In this document: piece by piece, positions 31,434-43,257 of the stretch
Position numbering within the stretch: position 1 is the first letter of the stretch
Layout of the letters: each line of letters begins with the position of its first letter
The notes under the pieces: generated by a model
Database searches by the model: none
Told to the model about the DNA's origin: nothing
The model's input: only the letters and a program-made list of their open reading frames with translations
Assembly (NCBI GenBank): GCA_025057315.1
Contig: JANWXW010000079.1
Location: forward strand, 3,434-67,433
Reading direction: 5' to 3'
Length of the DNA stretch: 64,000 nucleotides
Origin: Myxococcota bacterium
GTDB taxonomy: Bacteria; Myxococcota_A; Polyangia; Palsa-1104; JAEUJZ01
Made by a program: the position numbers and the translations under genes

Positions 31434-31679
31434 GACTAGAACGGAGCGGGGTCCATCCGGCCCCATCGGGAAATCGGCGAGGGGAGGACCCGGAGAGGTA
31501 GACGGCCACCTGGAGGTGGACCTCAGGCCAACCTCTCGTCCGGCGCCAGGTACCCCAGACATCCAAAGGCCTTGCTCGGCTTGCCGGGTCCAGTTTCCTG
31601 GCTACCCCGCGGCTTGCCAACTTGCACCTCTGCGGGATCTTACCCGCCTGGTCGCGTCCATCCCCATCACCTTTCATCG

Positions 31680-31722
31680 TAGACCGAGGCAACTTCCAAC
31701 TTCATAGACCGAGGCAACTTCC
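31680..31722. repeat. 18-bp perfect tandem direct repeat TAGACCGAGGCAACTTCC x2 (7-bp spacer) within a 489-bp low-GC convergent intergenic region
   Basis: Read directly: tagaccgaggcaacttcc aacttca tagaccgaggcaacttcc. Confidence 0.6.
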
Positions 31723-31922
31723 GCAAGCCCCCGGAGCATTCCAAGGGATATGATTCCAACTGGAAGCTGGGTAGGTCTGCAACCGAATCTACGGGACCTC
31801 TATGTCGGTGTGGGGCTGATCCGAGGGGCCAGTTCACGCTGGGGGCATCGAACAAACCGGTCGAGGATGGGGCGAACCTCGGGTCGGTTGGTTTCATCCA
31901 TCCATCATCGAGTTCACCGGAT

Positions 31923-34496
31923 TCATTGGTAGGGATCGCGCAGTTCGCCGTCCAGCACCGGGACCGGCGCTGGGGCACCTGCGGGTGGGGCCGCGGCAAC
32001 TGGCGGACGGCCTACGGGTCGCACGGAGGGAGCTGGCGGTGGCACTGGCTGCTCCAGGGGACCGCGCAGGGGTGGAATGGAGGTATCCGCTCTGCGGGCC
32101 GCCAAGCGCTCCGGCGGCAGGACAGGCACTCCTTCTGGCGACCCCGTAGAGCTCGCCGCCGGGGGCGCTGGCTCCGCCGTGGCAGCGGGGGCGCGGTCGG
32201 GCTGGGGCGGCGGGGTCGACTGCCCAGGCTGCGCAGGCTCGGGGTGGACGCGCGGCTCGGCAGCCGGCGGTGGGGAGGGCTCGGCGGGGGGAGGCACCGA
32301 TGGCGATGCGGCTGCCGTCGGGCCGTGGGGCAGGCGAGCCTCGCGCTGGAGAATCAGCACGGACAGAGCCCCGACGGCTCCCGACAACACCCCTGTCACG
32401 ATGACCAGGACCAGGGTCTGCCACAGCGTCAGCAGACCGCCCGCGGCAGCGGCTGGGCCACCTCCTCCACCGGACAGAGGCACTCTCACATCGGCGGCGC
32501 CTGCTGCGGACATGACCGGCGGGGGGAAGATCGTATCCGAGGCCGAGGGGGGGGCTTGCTCGGAGCCCACCGTCAGGTGGGAGGCGGACTGGCGCGGCCC
32601 AGCCTGGGTCGTCTGGTGGACGTCGATGACCGGCAGGGCCATCGCGGGCCGGCTTGGGGGTGGCGGCGCCGGCTCCAAGGGGGCCTGAGGGCGCAACTGT
32701 GCGCCTGGGGCCACAGAGGCGGCCTGGTGCAGCATGGCAATCTGCTGTGCCGTCTGCGCCGCGCGGGTCGTCTCCTGCGCCAGCAGGGTGGTGGCCTCTG
32801 TCGCTGCCTGCCGGCCCTGCTCGGCTGGTTGGGGGGGGTGCTGGGCCATCTCCCGCGGCTGCTCCGGCTCGGACCGTGCCTCCTGGTGCCGCGCAGCGAC
32901 CTCCCCTTGGGGTGTCTCCGCCTTCTGCACGGCGTGTCCGGCGGCCCCCCGCTCTTGCTGGGGACACCCATCTGTCCTGGGCCGTGCCTCCCTGGCCAGC
33001 GCTGCAGCCCTGTGCATCTCCCCGGCTCGCCGTGGCTCCTCTCTATCGGCCTCTTGACCTGCCTGCTCTGCCTCCTCCGCTGGGGGCAGCAGGGTCCGCG
33101 CTTGGGTCTCGGTCTGCACCAGCCGCTCGGCTTGCCCCGAACCCCCCCGGCTCGGCGTGGCACGTTCGGCCTCCAGACGTTCCTGGTCCGTTGCCGGTGC
33201 GGCTGGTGGCTCGGCGCCCGCGGGGGGTGGGGGGGTAAGCTCGGGGCGCATCTCGCCGCCGGCCGCCATCGCGCCAGCCTGGTGCACCGTCCGCTGTCCG
33301 GCTTGCGTGTCTGCCCGCAGGCGCGACAGATCGCGGGCGCGCAGCGTGCCCTTGGGGACACGACCCACAGAGGCATCGAGTGGGATCGGCGGCGGCCGCG
33401 CGTGGGAGGCGCTGGCCTTGGCCGGATGTGACCCGCTGCTAAGTGGCGGATGCGCACCACTGGCCTTCGCGGCAGGAGGGCCTGCGCTGGCGGGCCTCGG
33501 CGTTCCGCTGCCTTGTCGTAGCGCGGCTCGCACCTGTTCCATGTCCGCATCGCTGACAGAGCAGAGCGTGGGCAACTCGACGCCGGCCCCGGCATAACAC
33601 TGGCGCATCGCCGCCACGAAGCGTTCCAGGGTCGGAATGCGCGCCTCCTTCTGATATGCGCAGGCGCCGGCAATGACCACATCCAGTCCGACGAGTAGCT
33701 CCGGCGGGACACCCATCTCCTTGGGTGTGGTGAGGCGGGGCGGAGGCTCTTTCAGACGCTTTAGCACGGCGGTGCGGTCCGGGCCCGCAAAGGCCGCCTG
33801 TCCGGCAAGACACTCGTAGAGGATGGCCCCAAGGGCAAAGATGTCGGCGGCGCTATCGGGCTCCGCCCCGCGCTCGAGCGTCTGTTCGGGCGCCATGTAG
33901 GCCAGGTGCGAAAGCGGCAGCTCGTCCTCCATGCGCCCGGGTAGCAGGCGGAGGTGGTGCAGCGCCCCATCGACCAGCAGGGGCTGTCCCGCCACCGCGT
34001 TGCGGGTCGGTGCGCTAGGGAGAAAGATGTTTTCCGGCCTGAGGTCTCCGTGCCGGACGCCCGCCAGGTGTGCCTCATGGAGCGCACGGGCAATCGCTGT
34101 GATGATGGCCCCTGCTGTAGGGGCAGCGAGCGACCCGCGGAGTAGCCGCTGCCGGAGCGTCTCTCCAAAGAGGAGCTCGGAGACCAGAAACGGCGCCCCA
34201 TCGGGGGCCAGACCCAGCTCCATCGGCACGAAGCCAAGGCGCGCCAGACGCTCCAGGATGCGCTGGTCCTCACGAAAGCGGGCCACGCGCTCGGGGCTGA
34301 CCCGCAAGGGTCTGTGCAGCAGCTTCACCGCACAGGGCGTCCTGCGGTCCAGGTGCCAGGCCCCGTAGGTCACTCCGGTGCTCCCCCGACCGATGAAGCT
34401 GTCGAGCCGATAGATGCCGCACAGGACGGTACCGACGCGGGCTGGGGGCGGGACGTCGGGACCGTTGAGCCAGCTCGGGGTTGGTTCCATATTCAT
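31923..34496 (-). CDS. Ser/Thr protein kinase with disordered Pro/Ala-rich linker, one TM helix and a Pro-rich extracytoplasmic tail (857 aa)
   Basis: Gly-loop GRGSTGVTYG, VAIK-like CAVKLL, catalytic-loop variant HGDLRPEN, and the APE motif AYMAPE. TM: LLTLWQTLVLVIVTGVLSGAVGALSVLIL. Confidence 0.85.
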   Translation of the reverse strand: MNMEPTPSWLNGPDVPPPARVGTVLCGIYRLDSFIGRGSTGVTYGAWHLDRRTPCAVKLLHRPLRVSPERVARFREDQRILERLARLGFVPMELGLAPDGAPFLVSELLFGETLRQRLLRGSLAAPTAGAIITAIARALHEAHLAGVRHGDLRPENIFLPSAPTRNAVAGQPLLVDGALHHLRLLPGRMEDELPLSHLAYMAPEQTLERGAEPDSAADIFALGAILYECLAGQAAFAGPDRTAVLKRLKEPPPRLTTPKEMGVPPELLVGLDVVIAGACAYQKEARIPTLERFVAAMRQCYAGAGVELPTLCSVSDADMEQVRAALRQGSGTPRPASAGPPAAKASGAHPPLSSGSHPAKASASHARPPPIPLDASVGRVPKGTLRARDLSRLRADTQAGQRTVHQAGAMAAGGEMRPELTPPPPAGAEPPAAPATDQERLEAERATPSRGGSGQAERLVQTETQARTLLPPAEEAEQAGQEADREEPRRAGEMHRAAALAREARPRTDGCPQQERGAAGHAVQKAETPQGEVAARHQEARSEPEQPREMAQHPPQPAEQGRQAATEATTLLAQETTRAAQTAQQIAMLHQAASVAPGAQLRPQAPLEPAPPPPSRPAMALPVIDVHQTTQAGPRQSASHLTVGSEQAPPSASDTIFPPPVMSAAGAADVRVPLSGGGGGPAAAAGGLLTLWQTLVLVIVTGVLSGAVGALSVLILQREARLPHGPTAAASPSVPPPAEPSPPPAAEPRVHPEPAQPGQSTPPPQPDRAPAATAEPAPPAASSTGSPEGVPVLPPERLAARRADTSIPPLRGPLEQPVPPPAPSVRPVGRPPVAAAPPAGAPAPVPVLDGELRDPYQ

Positions 34497-34589
34497 GGTA
34501 GGTGAGCCTGGAGGTACAAAAGGGCCAACGCTACAATATCATGGCGAGTCTTTTGCGATCCATGGGCTTGTCTTGCGCATGAGGGCTTT

Positions 34590-35934
<1,345 letters not shown>

Positions 35935-35963
<29 letters not shown>

Positions 35964-38388
35964 CCGATGCTGGGACACCCGCAGGCGGTCCATCCGGTAG
36001 GGGCACCGATGCGGCCCCCTGCACATCAGATATGTCCAGACGCAGCGGGGGGACCGCTTCCTCTAGCACCGCCTCTACCGCTTGCCCAATCTGTTTCACA
36101 AACACAAACTGGAGCTCTTGCGTGACCTCTGGCGGCACGTCCACCAGGTCTTTGCGGTTGCGCTCTGGCAAGACGACACGGCGGATGCCAGCGCGGTGGG
36201 CGGCGAGCACCTTCTCCTTGATGCCTCCTACGGGCAGCACGGCGCCGCGCAGCGTGATCTCTCCGGTCATCGCCACATCAGAGCGCACACGTCGCTGTGT
36301 CAGCAGCGAGACGATGGCCGCCACCATCGCCACCCCGGCGGACGGTCCGTCCTTGGGCACACCGCCCTGCGGCACATGCAGATGGATGTCGAGGTGCTCA
36401 AAGAACTCTGGCTGGAGCCCGAGCTGGGCCGCGTGGGCCCGCACCCAGGACAGCGCGGCCTGGGCTGACTCTTTCATGACTGCCCCAAGGTGTCCGGTCA
36501 GGTGGAGGTTGCCCTTGCCCTGCATCCCGCTGGCTTCGACAAAGAGCAGGTCTCCGCCGGCGGGGGTCCAGGCCAGACCCGTGGCCACACCCGGGTGCTC
36601 CAGCTGCTCGGCCAGCTCCGGCTGATAACGCGGCGGGCCGAGTAGCTCGGCAAGCAGGTCTGGCTCGATCTGCCGCGGCACCTCTTCATTGGAGGCAACC
36701 TTCATGGCCACGCCGCGAATGACGGCGGCCAGCTCCCGCTCCAGGTTCCTGACGCCCGCCTCGCGGGTGTAACGTTCGATGATTGCGTCGATGGCAGCGG
36801 GGGTAAAGCTTACTTCCTCCACTCGCAGCCCATGCTCCTTGAGCTGCTTGGGGATAAGATGCTGCTGGGCGATGGCGCGCTTCTCGCTTTGGGTGTAGCC
36901 GGGGATCTCGATGACCTCCATCCGGTCCAACAGCGCCGGCGGGATTGTCTCTAACCTGTTGGCTGTGCCGATGAAGATCACCTCCGAGAGGTCGAAGGGG
37001 ACCTCCAGGTAGTGGTCACTGAAGCTGTTGTTCTGCTCCGGGTCCAGGACTTCCAGCAGCGCTGCGCTGGGGTCTCCGCGATGGTCCGAGCCCAGCTTGT
37101 CGATCTCATCGAGCAGCATGACCGGGTTGCGCGTACCAGCCCGCTTCATGGCTTGGATGATGCGGCCCGGCAGAGCCCCGATGTATGTCCGGCGGTGACC
37201 GCGCACTTCGGCCTCGTCCCGCACACCGCCGAGCGACATGCGCACAAACTCCCGCCCCAGCGCCCTGGCTACCGAGCGCCCCAACGACGTCTTGCCGACA
37301 CCCGGAGGGCCGACCAGGCACAGGATGGGGCCCTTCTTATGGGGGGCTAGTTTGCGGACGGCAAGGTATTCAAGGAACCTCTTTTTGACCTTATCCAGGC
37401 CATGGTGGTCCTCTTCCAGAATGGTGCGTGCCTCCTGCAGGTCAATGCGGTCCTCGGTGCGCCGGGACCATGGGAGGTCACACAACCACTCCAGGTAGGT
37501 CCGCTGTACGGTGTACTCAGGCGCTGCGGGGACCATCTGCCGGATGCGGGCGAGCTGCCGCCGGGCGACCTTCTCGACCTCTGGGGGCATCCCGGCCTTG
37601 GCGATGCGCTCCTCGAACTGCTCCAGGTCATCGTCCTGGCGGCCCTCTCCGAGTTCTTCCTGAATCGCCTTTAGGCTCTGGCGCAGTACGGCCTCGCGCT
37701 GCTGCCGCGACATTTCCTCGCGCACCTGGCCATCGATCCGCTCCTTGAGCCGGATGACCTCAATGCGACGCTGCACCTGCTGCAGCGTCAGCTCCAGGCG
37801 ACGGCGGATGTTCAGCTCCTGGAGCAACTCGATCATTTCAGGCAGTGGGATGTCCAGCTGGGCAGCAACCAGGTCCGCCATCAAGCTGGGGCTATTGACG
37901 TCGGCAATCGCCGGTACCAGCTCGCGCGCAATTTTGGGCAAAGATTCTCCCAATTTTGCGACCGTATCGCGCAGGGACAGCATAAGCGCCTGGGACTCCA
38001 GCTCCTCCGCCCCCACCTCCTTAAGGGCGATTGTGCGGGCCACCAGGTAAGGCTCGCTGTAGAGCACCTCCATCCCACGCCGGACCACACCCCGCAGCAC
38101 GGCCGTGACCCGATCGGGTCCCACGCGGATGAGCTTCATCAGCTCGGCTTCGACCACCACGGGATGCAGATCAGCAGCCTCAGGGTCTTCGACCTCCGGG
38201 CTCCTCTGCGTGGCCACCAGCAACCGGGGGGGGCGTTGCTTCACGACATCATCGAGGAGCCGGAGGGACCCACGGCGCCCCACCTCGATGGGCATCATGG
38301 AGCCCGGCAGCAAGACGAGGTTGCGCAGCGGCAGCACCGGCAGCTCGACTGGGACTGGATTGTCGTCTTCGCGCTTGATGGTGGACAT
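35935..38388 (-). CDS. lon: ATP-dependent Lon protease
   Basis: Lon N-domain, Walker A GPPGVGKTS, and the protease motif DGPSAGVAMV with the catalytic Ser/Lys dyad (817 aa). Confidence 0.92.
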
Positions 38389-38632
38389 CGTTTCCTCGTG
38401 GCTCTGGCATGGACCTCCCGCCTTGCCCCCGCGCGGAGGGGGTGGGAGAGGCCCGTCTCCTCGCGGCCAGGGTGCGCAGGACGCAGCAGGAGACTTCCTT
38501 CATTTAAGGTAATCCGACCGCTCCGGCGCGCAACCCCGCCCTGTGGCGGGGCAGCCATGACAGCCAAATTTGCTGTAGGACAACCGACACGATACGCTGG
38601 AAGCGGGGCCAGAGTGATTGTATGACAAAGAA

Positions 38633-39088
38633 ATGAAGCGCCGTCCCGGCAGGCACCGAGGCCAGGATTCAGCTGCCGCGCTCCTGGGCGACGAGCCCGG
38701 GGGTCGGGTGGTGCGCTTGGAACATCTCCTGTTTGAGGAAGTCGACCGGCTCTTCCGCCTGGAGGTGGTCGACCGACGGGTGCAGTGTGTGGCCATCGTC
38801 GGCGTGCAGCTCAGCCCCGACCTGCGCAATGCCAAGGTCCGCTATGCGGTTCGCACCGGCCCATCGACGCCGCCGCAGCGCGACATTGATCAGGGCCTGG
38901 AGCGGATCCGTCCCTTCCTGCGCGCCCGGGTGGCAGAGGCCATCTCGCTCAAACGGGTGCCACAGCTGCACTTTCATCGCGACCGCTTGGCCGAGGCGTC
39001 GCTGCGTGCGGAACAAGTGCTCCAGCAAGAGCGGACCGCTCCCTTGCGCGCCCGTCTCGAACAGGAGCAAGAGGACAGATCCGGTTGA
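38633..39088 (+). CDS. rbfA: ribosome-binding factor A
   Basis: Core motif VQCVAIVGVQLSPDLRNAKVRY matches the RbfA KH-like signature. The start codon is uncertain; alternatives are the ATG at 38618 or the GTG near 38708. Confidence 0.7.
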   Translation: MKRRPGRHRGQDSAAALLGDEPGGRVVRLEHLLFEEVDRLFRLEVVDRRVQCVAIVGVQLSPDLRNAKVRYAVRTGPSTPPQRDIDQGLERIRPFLRARVAEAISLKRVPQLHFHRDRLAEASLRAEQVLQQERTAPLRARLEQEQEDRSG

Positions 39089-39103
39089 CAGGCCAGTGGC
39101 GAT

Positions 39104-39122
39104 GCCGGGCCATGCGCCCGGC
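39104..39122. terminator. GC hairpin GCCGGGC-catgc-GCCCGGC between convergent rbfA and htrA (possible bidirectional terminator, no U-tract)
   Basis: Perfect 7-bp stem read directly, 16 nt after the rbfA stop. Confidence 0.35.
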
Positions 39123-39166
39123 CCCCCTAAACAGGCAGCCCTTCGCGGCAGCAAGGGTGGTAGCCG

Positions 39167-40288
39167 CTACCCACGGCTCTGGGGAGGCATCAGCTGGACC
39201 TGAACCTCTACGGTACGACCATTGCGCAGCAACTTTAGCTTCGCTAGCTCGCCTGGCCGACGGAGCTCCAGCGCGGCGTCTAGGTCGTCCCGGCTGCGGA
39301 CTCGCCGGCCATCCACCTCTATGATTAGGTCACCAGGGACAATGCTTCCATCTGGCGCCTGCTCGGTGCCGCGCAGCCCCGCTGCCTCTGCCCCGCTGCC
39401 CGGGCTCACGCTCAGGATGAGTACGCCCTCAACGCCAAGCTGGTGGCCCACCAGGGCGCTCAGGCGGTCGTCCACCATCACGCCGAGCCGTGGCCTGACG
39501 ATGCGCCCGTACGCAATCAGCTGGGGCACCACGCGGTTGACCGTATCGACCGGCACCGCGAAGCCGATGCCGGCGCTTGAACCCGAGGGACTGTAGATGG
39601 CCGTGTTGACTCCGATGAGCCGGCCTGCGCTATCCAGAAGCGGGCCCCCGGAGTTGCCGGGGTTGATGGCAGCATCGGTCTGGATGACGTCCTCGATGGG
39701 CCTGCCGCTGACGCTGCGGATGGTGCGGCCCAGGGCAGAGACGATGCCAGTTGTTAGCGTGTGGTCTAGGCCGAACGGATTGCCAATGGCAAATACCTTC
39801 TGTCCCACTTGCAGGTCGGCACTGCGGCCCAGCGGCATGGGGGGGGGCACCTCGCGGCCAGCATCAATGCGCAACACCGCCAGATCGTACTCCAGTGCTA
39901 CACCAACCAGCTTGGCCGGATAGCGCCGCTGGCCAAGCAGGGTCACCTCGGCCCCGCTGGCTCCGGCGATTACGTGGGCGTTGGTGACCACGTGGCCTTC
40001 GGTGTCCCAGATAAAGCCCGATCCTGTCCCCTGAGGAATCTCGGTGACGTTGCGCGTCCACAGGTTCACACGGCGTGTCAGCGTCGTGATGAATACCACC
40101 GAGGGGCTGGCGGCTCGGAACAGCTCAATGGTGGCGCGTTCATCGGCAGCCAGGTCGCCGCGCGCTGTGATGGGCCGCGGCACAGCCGGCGGTGGCCCTC
40201 GATGGATGCGCAGCACCCCAAACAAGTAGTACCCCCCGATGAGGCCTACAACCAGGGCGAGCACGAGGGACACAGGGCGGATCTTCAT
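39167..40288 (-). CDS. htrA: HtrA/DegP-family trypsin-like serine protease with C-terminal PDZ domain
   Basis: N-terminal TM anchor. Catalytic motifs TNAHV and GNSGGPL. A PDZ segment follows the protease domain. Confidence 0.85.
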   Translation of the reverse strand: MKIRPVSLVLALVVGLIGGYYLFGVLRIHRGPPPAVPRPITARGDLAADERATIELFRAASPSVVFITTLTRRVNLWTRNVTEIPQGTGSGFIWDTEGHVVTNAHVIAGASGAEVTLLGQRRYPAKLVGVALEYDLAVLRIDAGREVPPPMPLGRSADLQVGQKVFAIGNPFGLDHTLTTGIVSALGRTIRSVSGRPIEDVIQTDAAINPGNSGGPLLDSAGRLIGVNTAIYSPSGSSAGIGFAVPVDTVNRVVPQLIAYGRIVRPRLGVMVDDRLSALVGHQLGVEGVLILSVSPGSGAEAAGLRGTEQAPDGSIVPGDLIIEVDGRRVRSRDDLDAALELRRPGELAKLKLLRNGRTVEVQVQLMPPQSRG

Positions 40289-40339
40289 GGCAAGTTCAGT
40301 CTATACGGGCCGAAGCAGCACATACTATCATGCTGTACC

Positions 40340-41914
40340 ATGTGGCCCTCACGACGTGCGTTCCTAGCCGCCGGGGGCGCGGGCGCGGCCCTGGCAATGG
40401 AGGCGGCCCTGCGCGGGCGCCTGGCGGAGGCGCGGGGCCTCCTTGTGGACTCGCTGCTCGCTGAGGTCACCGGACGAGCGCTGGATGCGGCCCGTCGGGC
40501 CGGCTGTAGCTATGCCGATGTGCGGGTTGTGCGGCGGCGCAGCGAGCGGATCTCGGCACGCGAGTCACGCATCGACGAGATCCATCTCCGCGAGGACTAC
40601 GGGCTTGGCGTGCGCGTGCTGCACGGTGGCGCCTGGGGCTTCGCCGCGACGGCACGGGTCTTGCCCCAGGAGGCTGCTCGGGTAGCTACGCAGGCGGTCG
40701 AGGTGGCCCGAGCGGGCCAGGCTGCTTTGCGCCGGCCCGTGCAGCTTGCCGCCAACCCGCCTCACGTCGACGTATGGCAGACGCCGCTCAGCAAGGATCC
40801 CTTTCGGATTCCGCTGCAAGACAAGGCCGATCTCCTGCTGGCGATCAACGCCGAGGCGATGAAGGTACCTGGCATTGCCTTCTGTACCTCGCACTACGCC
40901 GGCCTGTCGGAGTGGAAGCTGTTCCGCTCCAGCGAGGGGGCTGACATCGAGCAGAGCATCACCCGCGTGGGACCGGGCTACCGCGTCACCGCTGTGGACC
41001 GTCGTAGCGGGGAGTTCGAGACGAGAGACCACGACCTGCCCCCCATGCAGGCGGGCTGGGAGTATGTCGTGGAGGCGCCCCTTCTGCGCGATGCACGGCG
41101 CATCGGGGAGGAGGCGCTGGAGAAGCTGAGGGCGCCCTCGGTGACGCCTGGTGTGCGCGACCTGGTGTTGCACCCCAGCCACCTGTGGCTCACAATCCAC
41201 GAGTCAGTGGGTCACCCGACAGAGCTGGATCGCGCCCTGGGTTATGAGGCCAATTTCGCCGGCACTTCTTTTGCAACCCCGGACCAGCTCGGACGCCTCC
41301 AGTTCGCTGCACCGCTGGTTACGCTCTACGCTGACAAGACCACGCCGGGGGGCCTTGCCACCTGCGGCTACGACGACGAGGGCGTGAAGACCCAACGATG
41401 GGACCTGGTCCGCAACGGCCTCTTTGTGGCCTACCAGACCACCCGCGAGCAAGCGGGCTGGATCGGTGAGCAGGCCTCACGCGGAACCAGCTATGCGCAG
41501 GACCATCGATCTATACCCATCCAGCGCATGCCCAATGTCTCCTTGGCTCCTGGCGAGCGAGAGTTGGGGGTTCAAGATCTCATATCTGCCACCGAGGATG
41601 GCATCTATATCGTCGGTCATGGCTCATTCTCCATTGACCATCAACGGCACAATTTTCAATTTGGTGGTCAGATGTTCTATGAGATCAAAAAGGGCCGCAT
41701 CGTGCGCACGCTGCGAGATGTAGCCTATCAGGCTAGCACGCTCCAGTTCTGGCGCTCGTGTGACCTGCTGGGTGGACCGGCCTCATGGCAACTCCATGGC
41801 TCGCTGTTTGACGGCAAGGGAGAGCCAGGACAGGCCAACGCCGTAAGCCACGGCTGTCCGCCGGCGCGCTTCCGGCGTGTGAATGTCCTTAGCACGAATC
41901 GGCGCAGGGGATAA
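40340..41914 (+). CDS. tldD: TldD-family metallopeptidase with twin-arginine (Tat) signal peptide
   Basis: N-terminus MWPSRRAFLAAGGAGAALAMEAA matches the Tat consensus S-R-R-x-F-L. The TldD HExxGH-like motif is HESVGHPTELD. The track ORF is extended in-frame upstream by 177 codons. Confidence 0.85.
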   Translation: MWPSRRAFLAAGGAGAALAMEAALRGRLAEARGLLVDSLLAEVTGRALDAARRAGCSYADVRVVRRRSERISARESRIDEIHLREDYGLGVRVLHGGAWGFAATARVLPQEAARVATQAVEVARAGQAALRRPVQLAANPPHVDVWQTPLSKDPFRIPLQDKADLLLAINAEAMKVPGIAFCTSHYAGLSEWKLFRSSEGADIEQSITRVGPGYRVTAVDRRSGEFETRDHDLPPMQAGWEYVVEAPLLRDARRIGEEALEKLRAPSVTPGVRDLVLHPSHLWLTIHESVGHPTELDRALGYEANFAGTSFATPDQLGRLQFAAPLVTLYADKTTPGGLATCGYDDEGVKTQRWDLVRNGLFVAYQTTREQAGWIGEQASRGTSYAQDHRSIPIQRMPNVSLAPGERELGVQDLISATEDGIYIVGHGSFSIDHQRHNFQFGGQMFYEIKKGRIVRTLRDVAYQASTLQFWRSCDLLGGPASWQLHGSLFDGKGEPGQANAVSHGCPPARFRRVNVLSTNRRRG

Positions 41915-41915
41915 G

Positions 41916-43256
41916 ATGCCGCTGTCTGATGCGCAGGCCCGCCAGATCCTAGATGCTGCACTTGCCGCGGCAAGGAGGGTGGACGCTGGCGCTGAGTCGG
42001 TGGTGACGCTGCACGGGGGCCGGCAAGGTCACACCCGCTTTGGCCGGAACGAGATCACAACTGCCGGGGAGGTGGACGAGGTCACCGTGACGATTGCCAT
42101 CCAGCGCGCTCGACGGCGCGCGGCGGCGAGCACCAACCAGACCGATCCGGCCTCGCTGCGGGCGACTGCGGAGGCTGCTGGTCGCATGGTCCAGCTGGCC
42201 CCGGAGGATCCGGAGGTGCTGCCGGTGCTGGGGCCACAACGCTACGCGAAGGTGGAGGCGCATGACCCGGCCGTGGCACGTCTGTCTCCAGCGGATCGCT
42301 CCGCCGCCGTCGCCCAGGTGATTGCCCTGGCCGAGTCAGCGGGACTGCAGGTGGCTGGTTTCTTGGGGCACAGCGAAACCGTGCTGGCCGTGGCCACCTC
42401 GGCTGGGCTGCGAGCGCTGCACCGCGAGACCCGCCTTTCCTTCAGCGTGACGGCACGTACCCCAGATGGCACGGGGTCGGGTCGGGCGGCTGCGATCAGT
42501 CATGCCCTCCGCGACGTGGATCCTGTGGCCCTGGGCCGCAAGGCGGTCGAGCGCGCCCAGCGATCGCGCCGTCCAGCCCGCCTAGAGCCCGGGCGCTACA
42601 CGGTGGTGCTGGAGGAGGAGGCAGTCGGCGACTTGTTGGCCTTTTTAACGATGTCCCTCGATGCCCGCTCGGCCGATGAGGGACGCTCTTTCTTCACCCG
42701 CGCCGGCGGCGGCAACCGCCTCGGTGAGCGTCTGTTCCCAGAACACATCACGCTGCGCGCCGACCCGTCCAACCGCCAAACCCCCGCCGCGCCGTTTGAT
42801 GCCGAGGGTTTGCCCCTGGCGCCACTTGTGATCATCGAGCGCGGGGTGCTAAGAACGCTGCTTTACTCGCGCTTCTGGGCCCAACGTCAAGGCCGCCAGC
42901 CCACCGGCGAGCCGCGTGTCTACCACTTGCTCGGCGGTACCGCGACGCCCTCGGACCTGATCGCGGGCGTCCGCCGCGGCGTGCTCATCAGCCGCCTGTG
43001 GTACCTGCGTTGGCTGGAGCCGCAGAGCCTGCTTGTGACCGGCCTGACCCGTGACGGCGTGTTCCTCATCGAGGACGGACAGATCGCGGGCCCGGTGAAC
43101 AACTTTCGCTTCAACGACAGCCCGGTCAACATGTTGCGCAACGCCGATGCGCTGTCGCGGGACACCCTGCGGACCGAGGGAACGGCCGGCCACCTGCGTG
43201 TGCCCGCCCTGCGCACCCATGACTTTCACCTCTCCTCCATCTCGGAGGCAATATAA
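41916..43256 (+). CDS. pmbA: PmbA/TldE-family peptidase partner (no signal peptide)
   Basis: PmbA-like fold and a Gly-rich C-terminal core. The ATG lies 2 nt after the tldD stop, so the genes are translationally coupled. Confidence 0.8.
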   Translation: MPLSDAQARQILDAALAAARRVDAGAESVVTLHGGRQGHTRFGRNEITTAGEVDEVTVTIAIQRARRRAAASTNQTDPASLRATAEAAGRMVQLAPEDPEVLPVLGPQRYAKVEAHDPAVARLSPADRSAAVAQVIALAESAGLQVAGFLGHSETVLAVATSAGLRALHRETRLSFSVTARTPDGTGSGRAAAISHALRDVDPVALGRKAVERAQRSRRPARLEPGRYTVVLEEEAVGDLLAFLTMSLDARSADEGRSFFTRAGGGNRLGERLFPEHITLRADPSNRQTPAAPFDAEGLPLAPLVIIERGVLRTLLYSRFWAQRQGRQPTGEPRVYHLLGGTATPSDLIAGVRRGVLISRLWYLRWLEPQSLLVTGLTRDGVFLIEDGQIAGPVNNFRFNDSPVNMLRNADALSRDTLRTEGTAGHLRVPALRTHDFHLSSISEAI

Positions 43257-43257
43257 C

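Noticed and set aside
31812-31820. GGGGCTGAT, resembling the 5' end of tmRNA (ssrA), in the low-GC intergenic region
   Set aside because: No matching 3' tRNA-like acceptor or T-arm (GGTTCGANTCC ... CCA) could be found on either strand. The remaining sequence does not follow the tmRNA pseudoknot layout. No tRNA-like T-loop was found in any intergenic region.
39809-40339. 177-codon N-terminal extension of the TldD ORF in the track (701 aa)
   Set aside because: The extension overlaps the htrA gene on the opposite strand. The conserved TldD sequence begins with a near-consensus Tat signal at the ATG at 40340.
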